A stretch of DNA of 62,756 nt, filler included, from Hausera hauseri (GCA_046269625.1; 13 parts of 13 records of this genome joined end to end with filler, not necessarily neighbours in it), one strand, 5' to 3'. Shown: positions 49,801 to 62,473, counted from the first letter of the whole stretch. A program made the numbers and translations. Notes: generated from the letters alone by a model not told the origin.

Positions 49801-52295
49801 TTACTGAGCGACGAAGTGAGGCACTTCTTTCATCGCCGTTACTTTTTCTACCATCTGAAGAGTTTCCTCTTTCTTTTGTGAAACTACTCTACGGGTGAAT
49901 TGCTGAATCCACTTTTCTTTCGTTTTCTTCTGATCTGGGGGAAGGGGTTCTATTTCGATCTCTTTGAGGATATGGACTAGGATTCCTATTATATCTGTCC
50001 GGTTCTTGTCGAGGTGGGGTATAGTCACGTCTCCTGTAATGATTTCTAAACTTTGGGTCGTTATACTTGTTTCTATTATCGTTTCCTGAATTATGTATAT
50101 CTCAGCTATCGCTTCGTCGGTTATCTCTTTCTCTGCTATCATTCCTATTGAAGTTACCATATTGTTTTTGGCTATCATCTCTTCTAAACCTCTCGCGGCT
50201 TTCGCTTCGCCTGTCATTGGGATAGTTGGTTCTTAGTCCTTCTGTTCGATTAGTTGAATATCGTGTTCGATTATCATCTCGTCTGTAATATGAATTCACT
50301 TTATTATTTCTACTGTCATAGCGATTGGGATGTCGATCATCACTGTATCTTTCTCTGCCAGGGAATCGATTTCTATTGTTATTTCTATCTCTCAAGTAGT
50401 CTCGTGATTTATCGTATCTTGTATCATTCCGCTGTCAATCATTATAGTATCTTTTATTTCTTTGATATTAGGTATCTTTTTGATTACTGTTGTAGTTTCT
50501 GGATGACTGGATATAATTCCCTCTTTCTGGAGTATTGCCTCTCTCTGGTATATTACTGTATCTTCGTTTAGGGTTTTGGCTTGTCGAAGGATCTTTCCAA
50601 AGTGAATTGCTACGATTTGCTACATCTGGTCTTACTAGCAATGGTGTCATAGCTACTTCTGCGATTTGTGTTTGATTAGTCCAGAGAGGTGTTTCATCTA
50701 TCCGAATTGCCATCGGTCGGGTATATTCTATCAGCTCGTTAGAATTATTTGCTGTGTGGAATTACAGTTCTTCTCGTAAGGGCGGTAAAAGTCCAAATAC
50801 AAATTGCTTTATGACCATAGCCCCAAAGGCTTGTGCGTTCGGACCAAAATATCTATTCATTGCCGTTTCAAATGTATTGATGTACGTTAAAACTTCTTCA
50901 CTTGGTTTCTGCTTACAGTTTTGAAATTTTAGATATCGGTTTTCTTGTATATTAACCTGTTGATTTTGTAAAATTTTTTCTTGATGTTGTGCCCAGTTTT
51001 CGTCAACACGTCTAGGTAAGCGTGTTATCGTCATTCTCAGTTCAGTATTCACATGCACTGGTAAAAGGGATATTTTCCTTGCGTCATACCAATGGATGGA
51101 CGTCGCCAACGAATCATATTCGTCTAGAAAATCCTCTAAGTCCGATACTCGTCCTTCATATGATTGAAGGTGAATGAGCATTTGGTATTTATCTTCTCTC
51201 CTTCACTTATTAAGGTTTGGTGGATTCTATCCGGCGTTATTATTTATATCCCTCGGTAGACTGCCGTTGCGCTCATCATGCTGATCCAACAGATCTCTAT
51301 TATTCCTTAGTGGCTCTATGTTGTTCTATAGGTGCCAGAGGTTTCACAAGGTGTGGAACATAGTTCCGCTGAAAATTTTTGTGATTGCACATCTTTTAAT
51401 CGAACACTCAGTCGGGCTATTAATTCTTCAGCACCTACTTGTTCAAGGCGTTTGTTCAGTTGGTTAATGTTTCTAGCCAGAGCATCAATTTTATTTCTGG
51501 TAAGGCTATATTCTGCTTGTATCTGCTCTTGTTCGCACACTATAACTGCTACATGGTTTTGTATTCCATTTATTCTTTGATTCGTTTGTCTTTCGTTATT
51601 ATCAATCTGTTCTCTATTTCTATGTATTACTGCTATGTTGTAAATAATTTTCTGTTGGAAATTATGTATTTATCTAGTTTAAGCATCTATATTTGGTATT
51701 ATTTGATCAGTTCTTTCCTCGTATGCATTTAGACGTATGCCGTTATTATTTACTTTTTGTTCTATTAGTGTAGTTTTTTAATCGATTCTATCTAGTCTCG
51801 TACCATTATTTTTCGTGCTTATTTCTACCATGTCATCTCCTCTTTGTCGGGGTATATCTTGTATATCTCTAATTAGTTGTCGGATGTTAACTTCCGTCTG
51901 ATTTTTTTCACTCTCAGATCATCCACGTCTACCTGATGTACTTCTTAACATGTTCGACATTCCAATTCTTGATCAGTAATTCTCTGTGCTAACTGGCGTG
52001 AGTTAGGTGCATTGTGGTATTGACCTCGAGTTGTCTTTTTAGTCCATTGACTCCTCGTACCCAATGATATTGTAATGGAACGGGAGATAATTGTATCGGG
52101 TCAATGTCGTGTAGTGATTCTGGGGTTCATGTTGCACTTAGAGCATCTGAGCTATTAGTGAGTCTAGTGTTTTCTTCATTTGAATCAACTTCTTTAATTG
52201 CAGTCAGTTGATTTTGCATTAATCGTCCTCGGGATCGGGTATTGTATTGATGTCCTTGCGCCATTGTGATCAAAGGAGATTAAGTTGCTATCCAT
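49801..52295 (-). pseudogene. LTR retrotransposon gag-like gene (coiled coil, capsid, Arg/Asp/Ser-rich tail)
   Basis: YEGRVSDLEDFLDEYDSLA...W.DARKI.LLP, QKPSEEVLTYINTFE (major-homology-like), KQFVFGLLPPLREEL. Frameshifted. Start position inferred. Confidence 0.8.
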
Positions 52296-52299
52296 TTTT

Positions 52300-52790
52300 A
52301 TTACATGCATATGATACAAGTTTCCTCTATGAGTAACCCACAAAGTACACTGCACCAATGTGGGATGTTTAGCTACATATATTTTACAATGAATAATATG
52401 TCCACATGGTAGATGGATCGTATCTGACCGATTTTTCTTACAGATTAAACAGGTCCAAATTATGCGGCTAATAACTGTGCATCTTTCTTCCACCTCTCCT
52501 TCTTTCTCTTTTATTGCTGAGATCAAATGTTGGATTCTTTGGTAATATTCATCGTCCATCAATTGCATTTGATATATATTGGTAATCACGGAAGGTAACG
52601 CTTAATATTCGGCTTTTTCATTGGTTTTGATGGTAATCATAGTCAGATATTTTGAGTATCCTAGTTCCGTTATCCTACTGAGTAGAGGATTATTGTATAG
52701 TTTATACCATCCATAAACTATTTTAGGAGATTGATTTCTTATGGTTAATAACTGATTTGTCCAATTGTTGAGGTTGTTCAGGGTCATACT
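52300..52790 (-). pseudogene. RING-finger (IAP-type C3HC4) protein
   Basis: CLICKKNRSDTIHLPCGHIIHCKI....TLVQCTL. Confidence 0.7.
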
Positions 52791-52951
52791 GTTGGTACTC
52801 GCTAATTCTATAAACAAATTTGTTCAATATATTACATTAGATAGTTATTTAAGAGATTCATATACATATACAAATGGGCATTTATTTATTCAAATCAGAC
52901 ACGCACTAATTTATCAGTTATTGTTTGTTTAAAGTAGAGATATCCTTGCTG

Positions 52952-53691
52952 TTAATTTCTGAGAATTGGAAACGTTATTCTTCTTTCTATACAACTTCTG
53001 CAAAATGTACAATTCGTTGTTCGACTTAAGCATTTCTCGCGTGTTTTCAAATGACCACAAGGTAAAAGGATAAATTGTGATAGGTTTGCGTAGCAGATTA
53101 CACATTCAAAATCACGTAGGTAGAGTTCATTAAGAATATTTTCTTCTAATTCTCCTTCTTCTTCCGGGGAAATGCAATTGAGGTTCTGAAGTATTTCGAA
53201 TGTACTGGAAGACCAGCTTTGTTTGGTCTCTCTTTGGTATTTGATATATTGTAGTATATTTGATATATTGTAGGATATCGGGCTATTATTGATACGGCTA
53301 CAGGACTTTTTTGGTACATTTTACAAAGGTTTCCCATACCAGATTGCATTCGACATCGTCTCTTAGTGTGCCTTTCAGAAGTTTTATATATTGAATAATT
53401 GAACTTGGTGGTGTACAGTATGTTTGGACATCGCCGGTCGATATTTTCTAGTAAGAAAGTTTCTTTTAAGCATATGGTACATTTCACATATTGCTCTTTC
53501 TCTTTCAGAATTAGTATTAATCCTTGCTGGGCCAAATGTTCAATATCTTTGTTTTCTTTAAAGGTTAGCTTCCTTTTGTTTACTGTATATAAGATTAGAC
53601 GTAAGTTCTCTTCCATTATACTGTCCGTCGAATAAACCATTCATACTGGCATTGTCGTGTAATATTCAGTGTGCTTGTCTATATTGAGCTG
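52952..53691 (-). pseudogene. IAP-like gene (degenerate BIR-like region plus C-terminal RING)
   Basis: LAQQGL...YVKCTIC is BIR-like. C-terminal frame reads FECVICYANLSQFILLPCGHLKT.EKCLSRTTNCTFCRSCIERRI, stop at 52952, with minus-strand AATAAA near 52885. Confidence 0.7.
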
Positions 53692-53791
53692 NNNNNNNNN
53701 NNNNNNNNNNNNNNNNNNNNNNNNNNNNNNNNNNNTTAATTAATTAANNNNNNNNNNNNNNNNNNNNNNNNNNNNNNNNNNNNNNNNNNNN

Positions 53792-54999
53792 CACAGAATG
53801 AAAATTATCATGATGAGAAGCATTATTTTTGTTGCACGATTTTCTCGTTTCTCGGCGCGTACAATACTATTGGCTCTTTTACGTCTTCGATACAAGGAAT
53901 GATATCCTTTCTGGGATTTCATCCTTCTCGAAGAATTAAAGTCTTTATTATGATAACAACTGAGCCTCTTTCGAAAAGTTGTTTTTTCTTGTTTCTCGGA
54001 AATGTCCAATCTCCAAACCGGAGTTTGTGGAAGAAGAAAATCCACCGACCGCAATCCACTGCTATGAATCGATTTTCGTTTGGAAACGGAAAACACGAGA
54101 GCCTTCAATTCACTTGCCTGGCTATTGGACGTTGCGTCTGGGTCAGAACTGTTATCATCAGGTGTTAGCAGTTTTGGAGTAGTGAGCTCATTATTGTTTT
54201 CTTTTGGGACGTTCTTTAGTTTTATAGATCTCCTGTAGTCTGATGAATAGTCGTCGTTTGTGCTCATGGAGTCTGATCTACAGAGCAGTCGGTTTTTTTG
54301 ACTGATCATAATGAATATTTTGATGTAGAGCGCAGACATTACGATTAGCGGTAGAATGAAAGAACCAAGAGCGGAATATATTACATAATATGGTTCAGTG
54401 AATAATTGACACTGATATAGTTGAGATGAATTGTCATAGAAAAGATTACTGAAGAATTTTGTGATAGGATTCGTAAATTTTTCCCCAGTCCATCCAATAA
54501 TTTGCGGTAGGCATATGGCCAATGATAACACCCATACGAATAATATGTATGGTTTTGCTCGATCAGCTTTTGAGTTTGATCGGTACCAAATTGGGAAATT
54601 GGTGGCTGTATATCGATCAACTGCTATCATGACCAAACTCCAAACAGATGCGGTGCAATACAGAACATCGGTGTTTAACCAGATATTGCACAGAATTACC
54701 CCTAAAGGCCAATGACTGCATATGTCATTTACTATGGAGAAAGGTAAGACTGTTAGTGCTAGAAGCATATCACTTAGGGCTAAGTTGCCGATGAGGAGGT
54801 TGGCTGTGTTTCGTAGTAACCGGTTCTGCGATAGGGTTACGATAACCGTTAGATTACCTATAACAGTCCATGAAGTTAGCAGTGACAGAAATGTGCCCAG
54901 TAATACTGTTGTGAATGTTTCAAAAGTATGCGATATGGTGTGGCTAAGTGGAAAAAATAAAATGACTGAAGGCAAACTGGCAATTCCTTCAAAGATCAA
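53792..54999 (-). CDS. Class A aminergic GPCR (octopamine/tyramine/adrenergic-like), TM1 to start of TM6, truncated by contig end
   Basis: GNLTVI, NLALSDMLLAL.VLPFS, WPLG..LC..W..TDVLYCTAS (amine-binding Asp), IAVDRY, VWVLS..ICLP, YSALGSFILP, long ICL3, ENRATK. No in-frame ATG upstream, so the 5' end is probably spliced. Confidence 0.93.
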
Positions 55000-56318
55000 C
55001 CAGATTTCATAAAATTCAAAAGCACTCTAGTGTTTTAAGTTGTTCTACATTACGTCCAGCAATTGCCTTTTGACATAAGCACACTGTGTTTCATCTGCTC
55101 AAGGGGCTTGAAAGATTGTCATACGAACACCCTGCATTGTTTGTGCAATAAAAAGTCTTTCAGTGGTTTAAATGATTGCTAGTCAAACTGATTCAATAAA
55201 AAGCTGAAACATGATACAGTATATGGGAATTGGCTGCAGTCAACAGCTGATGAGTGTTTAGTCTTCTATCTGTCTGCTCTGTCAAACCCAAACCCTCCGT
55301 GTGACTTTCAGGCAGTTTTACTTAGTGTAAAAAAGTTGTTACCATAGAAATATTAAAAGGACAGCATATAAATTTGAATTTGTTGGTTTGAGCTTTTGGA
55401 ATGAGTTTGGATTGAAATTTATTTTATTAACAGACACTAACAAAGTAAACTGCTCTCATATTGTAGTAACATTTGTCAAAATAGAATTACTTATTGGTCC
55501 GTTTGTGGAAAATTGCCACAATGATTTCTGCAGAAATATGCTCAGGATTGGATTTGTGCTCGTTAGACTAACAAGTCGGTATGAAGTGTTTATAGAAATT
55601 TGTCTATATACAGAAACCAAATTTGTCATTAATTTTATCGACTGAAACATGCTGTTTATTGAAGAAATATTCCAATTGCACAGAAAACATGTCAACTTTA
55701 TCCACAATCCAAACTGTTTCAATAAACTTCCTCATATTACATGTACAATGTTTGCAATGGAAACCAGAAATAACGAATTTCAAGACTTTCATATGAAACC
55801 GTATTTGGCACTTGTTCAAATTCCCCACACGCTCTGTTCCTTTGCTCGAGATAATTTTTTAATATTCGATTTACAATATTTCCCCGATGTTCTGTCAATT
55901 TTAAATGCGTTGGTTTAATTTACAATGGCATATTTGTGTACACAAGTGTATTTTTATTTCGATTTTCTGGGCAATTATTGTATTTCGCACACATCTCCAA
56001 CAATTCTGTTTACTGGTGTGTTCATAAAGGTACCAAAATATTGAACGTATCGTAAAATAAAAACCGTGCTGGATTGTCTGGATGATAGTGATAAAAAGAC
56101 ATAAAGAAAAGTGAACAATGTTCAATTCGATACAAAAAATTGAATTACCCCTCCATACACACACACACACACACACACCAGTCGCAAAGGGACACAAACA
56201 AAAAAGCCATCGCACACATAAAATAAAACTCAACACGCCCCCCCTCCAGTAGCCACAAAGGCTACCCCTGAAAAACAAAAGACAAATCAGTTTATTGACT
56301 TTCCTCAGAGCAACGAAT

Positions 56319-58067
56319 TCAACTAACGGTCGCAACGACAGTCGTCGTCAATTTCTGGCCGTCACCATCGACCGTCCATCGGCAGTCGGTACTGACGGGC
56401 AATTTCATCTGAATTTGTCAACAAAATCCTAAAACATCAAATCAACAAACGTAATCATCCATTTCCAATCCGACATCATCCGATTTAGCCACAAACAAAT
56501 TCACGTCAGCACATCGTCGTGTCACCAACTGCAATTGATCGGCCGATGACGCCGACAGAAACAACCGCATCCCATCGACATTACGCACGATGACGTCATG
56601 GATTTCACCGAGTATTTGGCAATCAATTTGCGTACAGTCCATCAGTGTCAATGCGCCGATCATGTCGTCGATGATGATGTTGACACTGGTGCAGTTATCT
56701 TATTGACAATTTAATGAGTCAGCAATGAGTCATAGGCTACTCACCAATTGTCACTGATGACGCACCATTACTCACATGGACTGCCACATCATGGCAATTA
56801 CGAATAACTGCCCCAATAGATTCACTGCAGTCTACATCGATAACAACGGCATTGGCGGTCTCATTTTCCTGTCAATGATTATCACGTCGACATCAATTGA
56901 CAAATGACTTACAATGATCCATGAATTATTCACAATTCGCCGACCTGTCGATTGGACATCATTCAACGTCACCAGCAATTCCTTCATTGCACTTTGTTTC
57001 TTCTCCTCAACATCAGCCGGCAATTTCCGGCAACTCTCCACCAATTCGTAACTGGACTGTTCCATCCGCACAGGCCGCAAACGTGCCCGCTGATCCCCAC
57101 TTCGCAACGAATCCATCAGACTGCACATATCCGCATGCGTGATTTGTTCCGGCGCCGTTGTCCGCACAACTATCGCCTTACCAGCCTCTCCTTTGTTACA
57201 ATCATTGCTGTAATTCAATGTCACGAATGCCCGCAACACCGACCTCGGTACGGGCCCATCAATTCGCCAGACAAGAGCAATACCGCTACACAAATGCCGG
57301 GTGAGAATGGCGGATAACTCAGCCAGTACGGCAACGAATGCACGAATCCACGAACGATACCGCCCGAAATGCGGTGAATTGTCGACGATTTTACGCGATG
57401 CTATGGCGGCACCGTCGGCCACACCCTGGACAAGTTGAGTCGGATTGTCCAACACAAACGGCCAAGCGCAAATCAGTGCGGCATCGGCAGTCAGTCGGTA
57501 AATTTCACAATTCGGTCGGGATCTATCGCAATTTCTGTTGATATCGGCGATGTGACACGTGTACTCGTCGACGTCCGACGGCAGATTGGTGAAATCATAA
57601 CGGAAAATCATGTCTAATATTGATAACTGCAATTTGTACAAATTGATGAACGAATCCGACTTGAAAATGATATCCTCCGTCACCAATTCTGATTCCTTTT
57701 TCATCAATTTTACTTTACCCATGAATAAATTCGTCAAATCTGCAATTATCCCTTCTAACGAATACATTTTTGTCGGATTCCGTAAAATATTATTTCCATT
57801 TTCCATTCGCAACAATGCCACCTCCATTCTCTCCAACAATTCCTCCTGTTTTATCTTTTCCTCTAATTCTTTCTGTCCTTCGACGTCATCTGTCACCAAT
57901 GGTTTCATTTCACTCAATTCCCCTGTTTTCTCCAATTCCAACATCAAATTCCCATTTTCCAACAATTTCTTCTGATTTATAATTATCACATCATTAACAA
58001 TTTTATCTTTTCCATTTTCCAATTTTTTCTTTTTCTGTCTGACGAAACATGAAAATAATGATCTCAT
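56319..58067 (-). CDS. Divergent adenylyl cyclase-associated protein (CAP/Srv2); 4 exons, introns 56869-56912, 56699-56744, 56409-56450
   Basis: RLE-like LLERMEVALLRME; helical domain ..AW..V..NP...V....DGA...WIRAF..VLAEL...H..SG.L.W; WH2-like SLMDSLRSGD..ARLRPV. Three GT-AG introns (44, 46, 42 bp) give a continuous CARP domain: WIIENET...SVTIDNC...QILG...VDG...DYMKLPV...GQKLTT, stop. Confidence 0.8.
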
Positions 58068-58463
58068 CTTATTTTGTTCAGAATAAAAGAGGAAATTAAA
58101 ATTCGGAAAAAATACAATCTCAAAAGGAAAGGAAAGGAAAGTAAAGTTTAGCAAAATTTACGAAAATTTGTAATAGGATTTGACATGAAGACAGGCTATT
58201 GAATGCCATTTTGTGCACAATTGAAGTTTGCTGTTCTTTAACACTCTCTTGTCATTTTGAATATAACTGAGGTTTGCTGTTGTATGATACTTGGACTACT
58301 TGTGTGGACTATTAGATAAATTATCATGTGAGAACAAACTATGGGCTAATCTGATGTTGTTGTNNNNNNNNNNNNNNNNNNNNNNNNNNNNNNNNNNNNN
58401 NNNNNNNTTAATTAATTAANNNNNNNNNNNNNNNNNNNNNNNNNNNNNNNNNNNNNNNNNNNN

Positions 58464-58651
58464 AAACCCAATTGGCACCAATGCTCCCTGATTGGTCCTC
58501 TACTCCTATTGGCTTACTTCCTTCCCCACCATGACGTGTCTTCTTCCCATTCGCCAGTTTTCCTTCCCCACCATGACGTGTTCTCGTCCTATTGGCTTCC
58601 TTCCTTCCCGGGGGGGGGGGGGTTGGTGCCAAGTCCTCCCTTCTAACTACT
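58464..58651. mobile_element. Probable Maverick terminal inverted repeat end (…CTAACTACT) abutting the minor capsid gene
   Basis: Duplicated ATTGG and CCATGACGTG units, a G12 run and an ACTACT terminus. The capsid frame is cut at 58652. Confidence 0.5.
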
Positions 58652-59636
58652 CCTGGCTGCAAACAGAAATTTAATGGGTTTCAAAAATTCGTCTACTATA
58701 TACACGGAAATACTGTGCACAACATTGTGAGACAACGATAAATACATGGGCCGAATTATATTTACGTAAGCAGCTTCGCCGGTGTTTCGTACGTGTCCAA
58801 ATCCAGTCCAATAGAAGCCAATAGTTATTTACGATCTCCGCCAACATATACGAGTTATGTTAGATGTGTTAAAATATTGATTCGATGACAGGCTTCGTAT
58901 AGATGCGGTTTGTGTTTAGCATCAATGGGCCGTTTGCCGGTTTGAACGAATTCTCGTTTCTTAAAACCCAGATTCCGTGACAATAATTCATCAAAGGCAA
59001 AATATGTAACATTATCATGTAGTGTAAACGAAATACGACCATCAGAGTTTAATTCAAGTACCTTGATAGCCAATTTAGCTACCGCCTTGATGGTTGCACA
59101 CAATTTTGTTTCCCTTTCCGTAAGAAAACAAGTTCCTTTTGTATGAGAGTAAAAGAAAAATTCAGTCTTTTGCCAGTACACTGTAATATCGGTGGCTTTC
59201 GTGGAAAATTTCAGTTTTTTACTAATTGTTCTATGTCCATCGAGCTGTGGACCTTTCGAGTGCACATTGACAGATTAAAAACCTCATGCCTGAGCGTCGG
59301 CTAGTGATTTAAATTGCAATTCAATCGGATGTTTGTGTTTAGCACCAATCGATTAAATGAAAAATATAAACCGGGGAAATATTGCCGTTTGTAATTCCGA
59401 TCGTGAAATGTTCCATTAGAGTCTTGGACTAATTGCAAACGACTAGATGCAGGAGATTGTTTTTGTAAAGTATAGCATATTCCACTGTTCTCACGTATTG
59501 TTATTGGTGAAAATATAAACGTGAATTCCGCCAAAGCCACTTTCCAGGCTCCCTGGTGTATGTCAAGCGGCTGGTCCAACGCCATGGTAAACCGTTCACC
59601 GGTATTGTCACCATTTTTATCTTCTAAAACGTACAT
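58652..59636 (-). pseudogene. Maverick minor capsid (penton-like) protein
   Basis: N-terminal NTGERFTMALDQPLDI.QGAWKVALAEF, central L...LGF, C-terminal SISVYIVDEFLKPIKF. Frameshifted. Confidence 0.75.
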
Positions 59637-59639
59637 AAC

Positions 59640-60504
59640 AGGTGTTTCTTTTGTGTTAATTGCTGAAATTCAGAAAACCTCATCGCTCCTGTTCTGATTG
59701 AAATTCTTAATGAATGGTGTCGTACTGAGCTTTGAAATACGTACATAATCACAGATTTTATACTTAGGACGACGCTTAATTGGTCGTTGTCGTTGTGGTC
59801 GATTTTGATAAAGCTACATGTCCAAATCATCGATTACATCCACCAGCCGTAATCCATTGATGACACGATGAGTCGAATGATTGTATGCATGAATAATATC
59901 CGACAGTACATCTACCCAGCGTTTGTTGCCTTGCTTCGTAAAGAATTTGTTTAGGTGACCGCGCAATGTTCGATTAAATCGTTTAACGAGTGCAACCTTG
60001 TATTGGGAAAACACCGAGTAGTGGTTTACGCCGAACCGCTGCAACGTGGGCGTTGTAGAATTCCTTACTGAAATCCGTTTGTAAATGCTTCGGTTGTTGT
60101 TGTTGTTGTTGCTGTATCAGCAGTTTCTGAACAGCGTCGTCAATCTCTTTACCGGATTTATATTTCAAGGCAACTGCATGTGCAAAACGACTAAACACAT
60201 TAACGAATGTCAGTACGTACCGATAACCATCGTTGATGCTGGCGTACGGAATCATTTCCATCAGACCCATTTGCCATACATTATTTACACCGGTAGCACA
60301 ATATTCAAAAGTTGGAAACCGCCTTTTTATCGGTTTGTTTAGGCTATATGCTAATTGTTTCCCGAGCCAACGTTGGATCTTTTGCCGAGTATGTTTGACA
60401 GTTTGCCGACGCCCATCGTTGCCGTCGGTGTTGTCGTCACCGGTTTTTCTGCTTGCATTACAACAATTTTTTTCGGTAAACTGGGACAGAAAGATAGAAA
60501 CCAT
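59640..60504 (-). pseudogene. Maverick retroviral-like integrase
   Basis: NVWQMGLMEM, GYRYVLTFVNVFSRFAHAVALK, PKHLQTDFSKEFYN, KVALVKRFNRTLR, RWVDVLSDIIHAYNHSTH. Confidence 0.9.
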
Positions 60505-60550
60505 GCACCTCTATCGCCGAATCATTATATACTTACCGTCATTGTTTATA

Positions 60551-60877
60551 CTATGATGTTGTTGCAGAACCAGTGAGTCCCAGTAATGACGTGACAATCG
60601 GTAGAATTGCACCAAGGAATCCGCCATCCTGTTGGTACATGACCCCCCCCCGTTTCAGTCCTTTACTACGGGCGTTGGCTAGGCCAATGAGTCGTTTTCG
60701 ATACTTTAGTAAATTCCGCTTTCCACTACCAATGTCAACGTGACCCACAACAATATTGTATAAAATTTCCATCAAATCGTCTACTACAAATTGCGGGAAT
60801 GATCGTGTGTTTCGCTTATGTCTCGTAGATGCCTTGAGCAAAGCAATAAAGTACGGCTGACTACGTTTGAATCGCAT
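60551..60877 (-). CDS. Maverick/adintovirus small basic QxGGFL-motif protein
   Basis: Intact 108-aa ORF, paralogous to 47957-48280. Confidence 0.8.
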   Translation of the reverse strand: MRFKRSQPYFIALLKASTRHKRNTRSFPQFVVDDLMEILYNIVVGHVDIGSGKRNLLKYRKRLIGLANARSKGLKRGGVMYQQDGGFLGAILPIVTSLLGLTGSATTS

Positions 60878-61176
60878 GTTTTTCGGATTTTGTGTGTGGA
60901 CGTTTTGATATTGCTGATAATGAGATGTAGTTGTTTATTACCGTTGCCACTTTGACGGTAATTTGCGTCTAGCTGCTGCTTTTGTTGTTTGAAGAACCGA
61001 ATTGATTAATAGCTTCACTGTAGCGGCACTTCTTTTGATACACGTTTTTTGCCACCGAACATTCGCTTGGTAGTTGGTTGTTTACGTTTAACAATTGTTT
61101 TTCGGAAATTCTTCATTTTTTTTCTTAATCATGATGTCGATTTTTGAATAAGTTTATAGACACAAACACCACTTTT

Positions 61177-61788
61177 CTAATTGAAAATGTCTGTTTGTAC
61201 ACGCATGTCGACGGGACACTGTTGTGTAAAATCAATAAACAGATATCCATGCGGTTTGCTTGTAGCATCATGATATGCATCTATCAAGTTGGCTCGGTTG
61301 TAAAGAAATTCTTGTCGTGCAACAAAATCAATGATAGTCTGATCACGGGGATTTTTGAACAACACCAAATAGTGTACGTTTAGATTTCTTGTTGGATGCT
61401 GGCCGCCCTGATTGAACATGTTTTGCGTAAAGAAAATAACCGTTACGCCACGGCCTCGTGAAATCTTGGTGAACAGGTTGTTGAAGTCCGATTGTTTCGA
61501 GGCTTCCTGAAATAATTCGTCAATGACAATAACGTCACCGTTGCGTAATCTCTCAGACAAGTTTCCATCAAACCCATTAATTACCGTTATGCATTTAAGT
61601 TTACAAAATTCCCGGTGTGTCAAACCGGACTCACCATCATCACCAACATCCTGATGCCAGTATATATGATTATACCGCGGTGAATGGAACATATCACGGT
61701 AGTTTTGAAATAGTTTACACACAAAGTGTGTTTTTCCACTTCCACTGGGGCCTACAACCTGGAAAATATTATCATTCTGCAGCTTCAT
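61177..61788 (-). CDS. Maverick packaging ATPase (open 203-aa ORF)
   Basis: VGPSGSGKT, VIVIDE, FTKISR, TQNMF, RNLNVHYLVLFKNPRD, PHGYLFIDF. Confidence 0.92.
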   Translation of the reverse strand: MKLQNDNIFQVVGPSGSGKTHFVCKLFQNYRDMFHSPRYNHIYWHQDVGDDGESGLTHREFCKLKCITVINGFDGNLSERLRNGDVIVIDELFQEASKQSDFNNLFTKISRGRGVTVIFFTQNMFNQGGQHPTRNLNVHYLVLFKNPRDQTIIDFVARQEFLYNRANLIDAYHDATSKPHGYLFIDFTQQCPVDMRVQTDIFN

Positions 61789-62089
61789 CTAATAAAAATA
61801 ATAATACAACCTTTTCTAACCACATGATTTGTTTATAATTGTGTTACACGTACATATAAATAGCCATAGTATAAACACTGCTTCCATAATGTTAGCTATT
61901 ATCAATTATCGCGGATATGTTACTGAGTGTGACATTAACACACTACATTTTAATCCATGGAAGCCCAGGCAGTATGTCCTCAAGTGTCCACCGGATTTGA
62001 CATGCATCATATTTCAATCGGGAAAGTGTCGTATTATGTAATGTCGCAAACCAATCACAGTTGACAGTAAACGAAAATCAAAACCGTCG

Positions 62090-62473
62090 ATGTCGCGCCA
62101 AACACAGAAATTTTTACCGAAACGAATTTTTCGCAAGCAGGAAATGCATTTTCTACAAACGCCCATACTGATTTCGTTAAATGATCCCGTGTGTCTATGT
62201 GCACCCAAGTACAGCTATCGTGTAAAACGGCTTTTGGGTAAAAATTTGGATAAACTTTCTGATGCTCTACATCAGTTAAACGTGGACTTAAAGTTGAACG
62301 AATCGACCGTTCAACAGCAATATGTCGATTTACCGGCGCAGAAAACGAAATTGTTCGATTTTATCGGTCGCAAAATGTCTCATGTACCAAATGATGATTT
62401 AAAATGTCGACTGAACATTGAATTTCAAGGATACAAGGAAAAGCCGGTATCAAAAGCCCGATTTGGCGTGTAG
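62090..62473 (+). CDS. Hypothetical Maverick-associated protein fragment
   Basis: 127-codon ORF between the ATPase module and the dUTPase. No family recognised. Confidence 0.35.
   Translation: MSRQTQKFLPKRIFRKQEMHFLQTPILISLNDPVCLCAPKYSYRVKRLLGKNLDKLSDALHQLNVDLKLNESTVQQQYVDLPAQKTKLFDFIGRKMSHVPNDDLKCRLNIEFQGYKEKPVSKARFGV

Noticed and set aside
56832-58154. 440-aa ORF as an unspliced novel protein
   Set aside because: Better explained as exon 1 of the CAP-like gene (ATG at 58067) reading through an intron.
4363-58463. Regularly spaced TTAATTAATTAA repeat; apparent gene neighbourhoods across it
   Set aside because: Artificial linker inside N runs. It is not a CRISPR or biological repeat, and adjacent contigs are unlinked.
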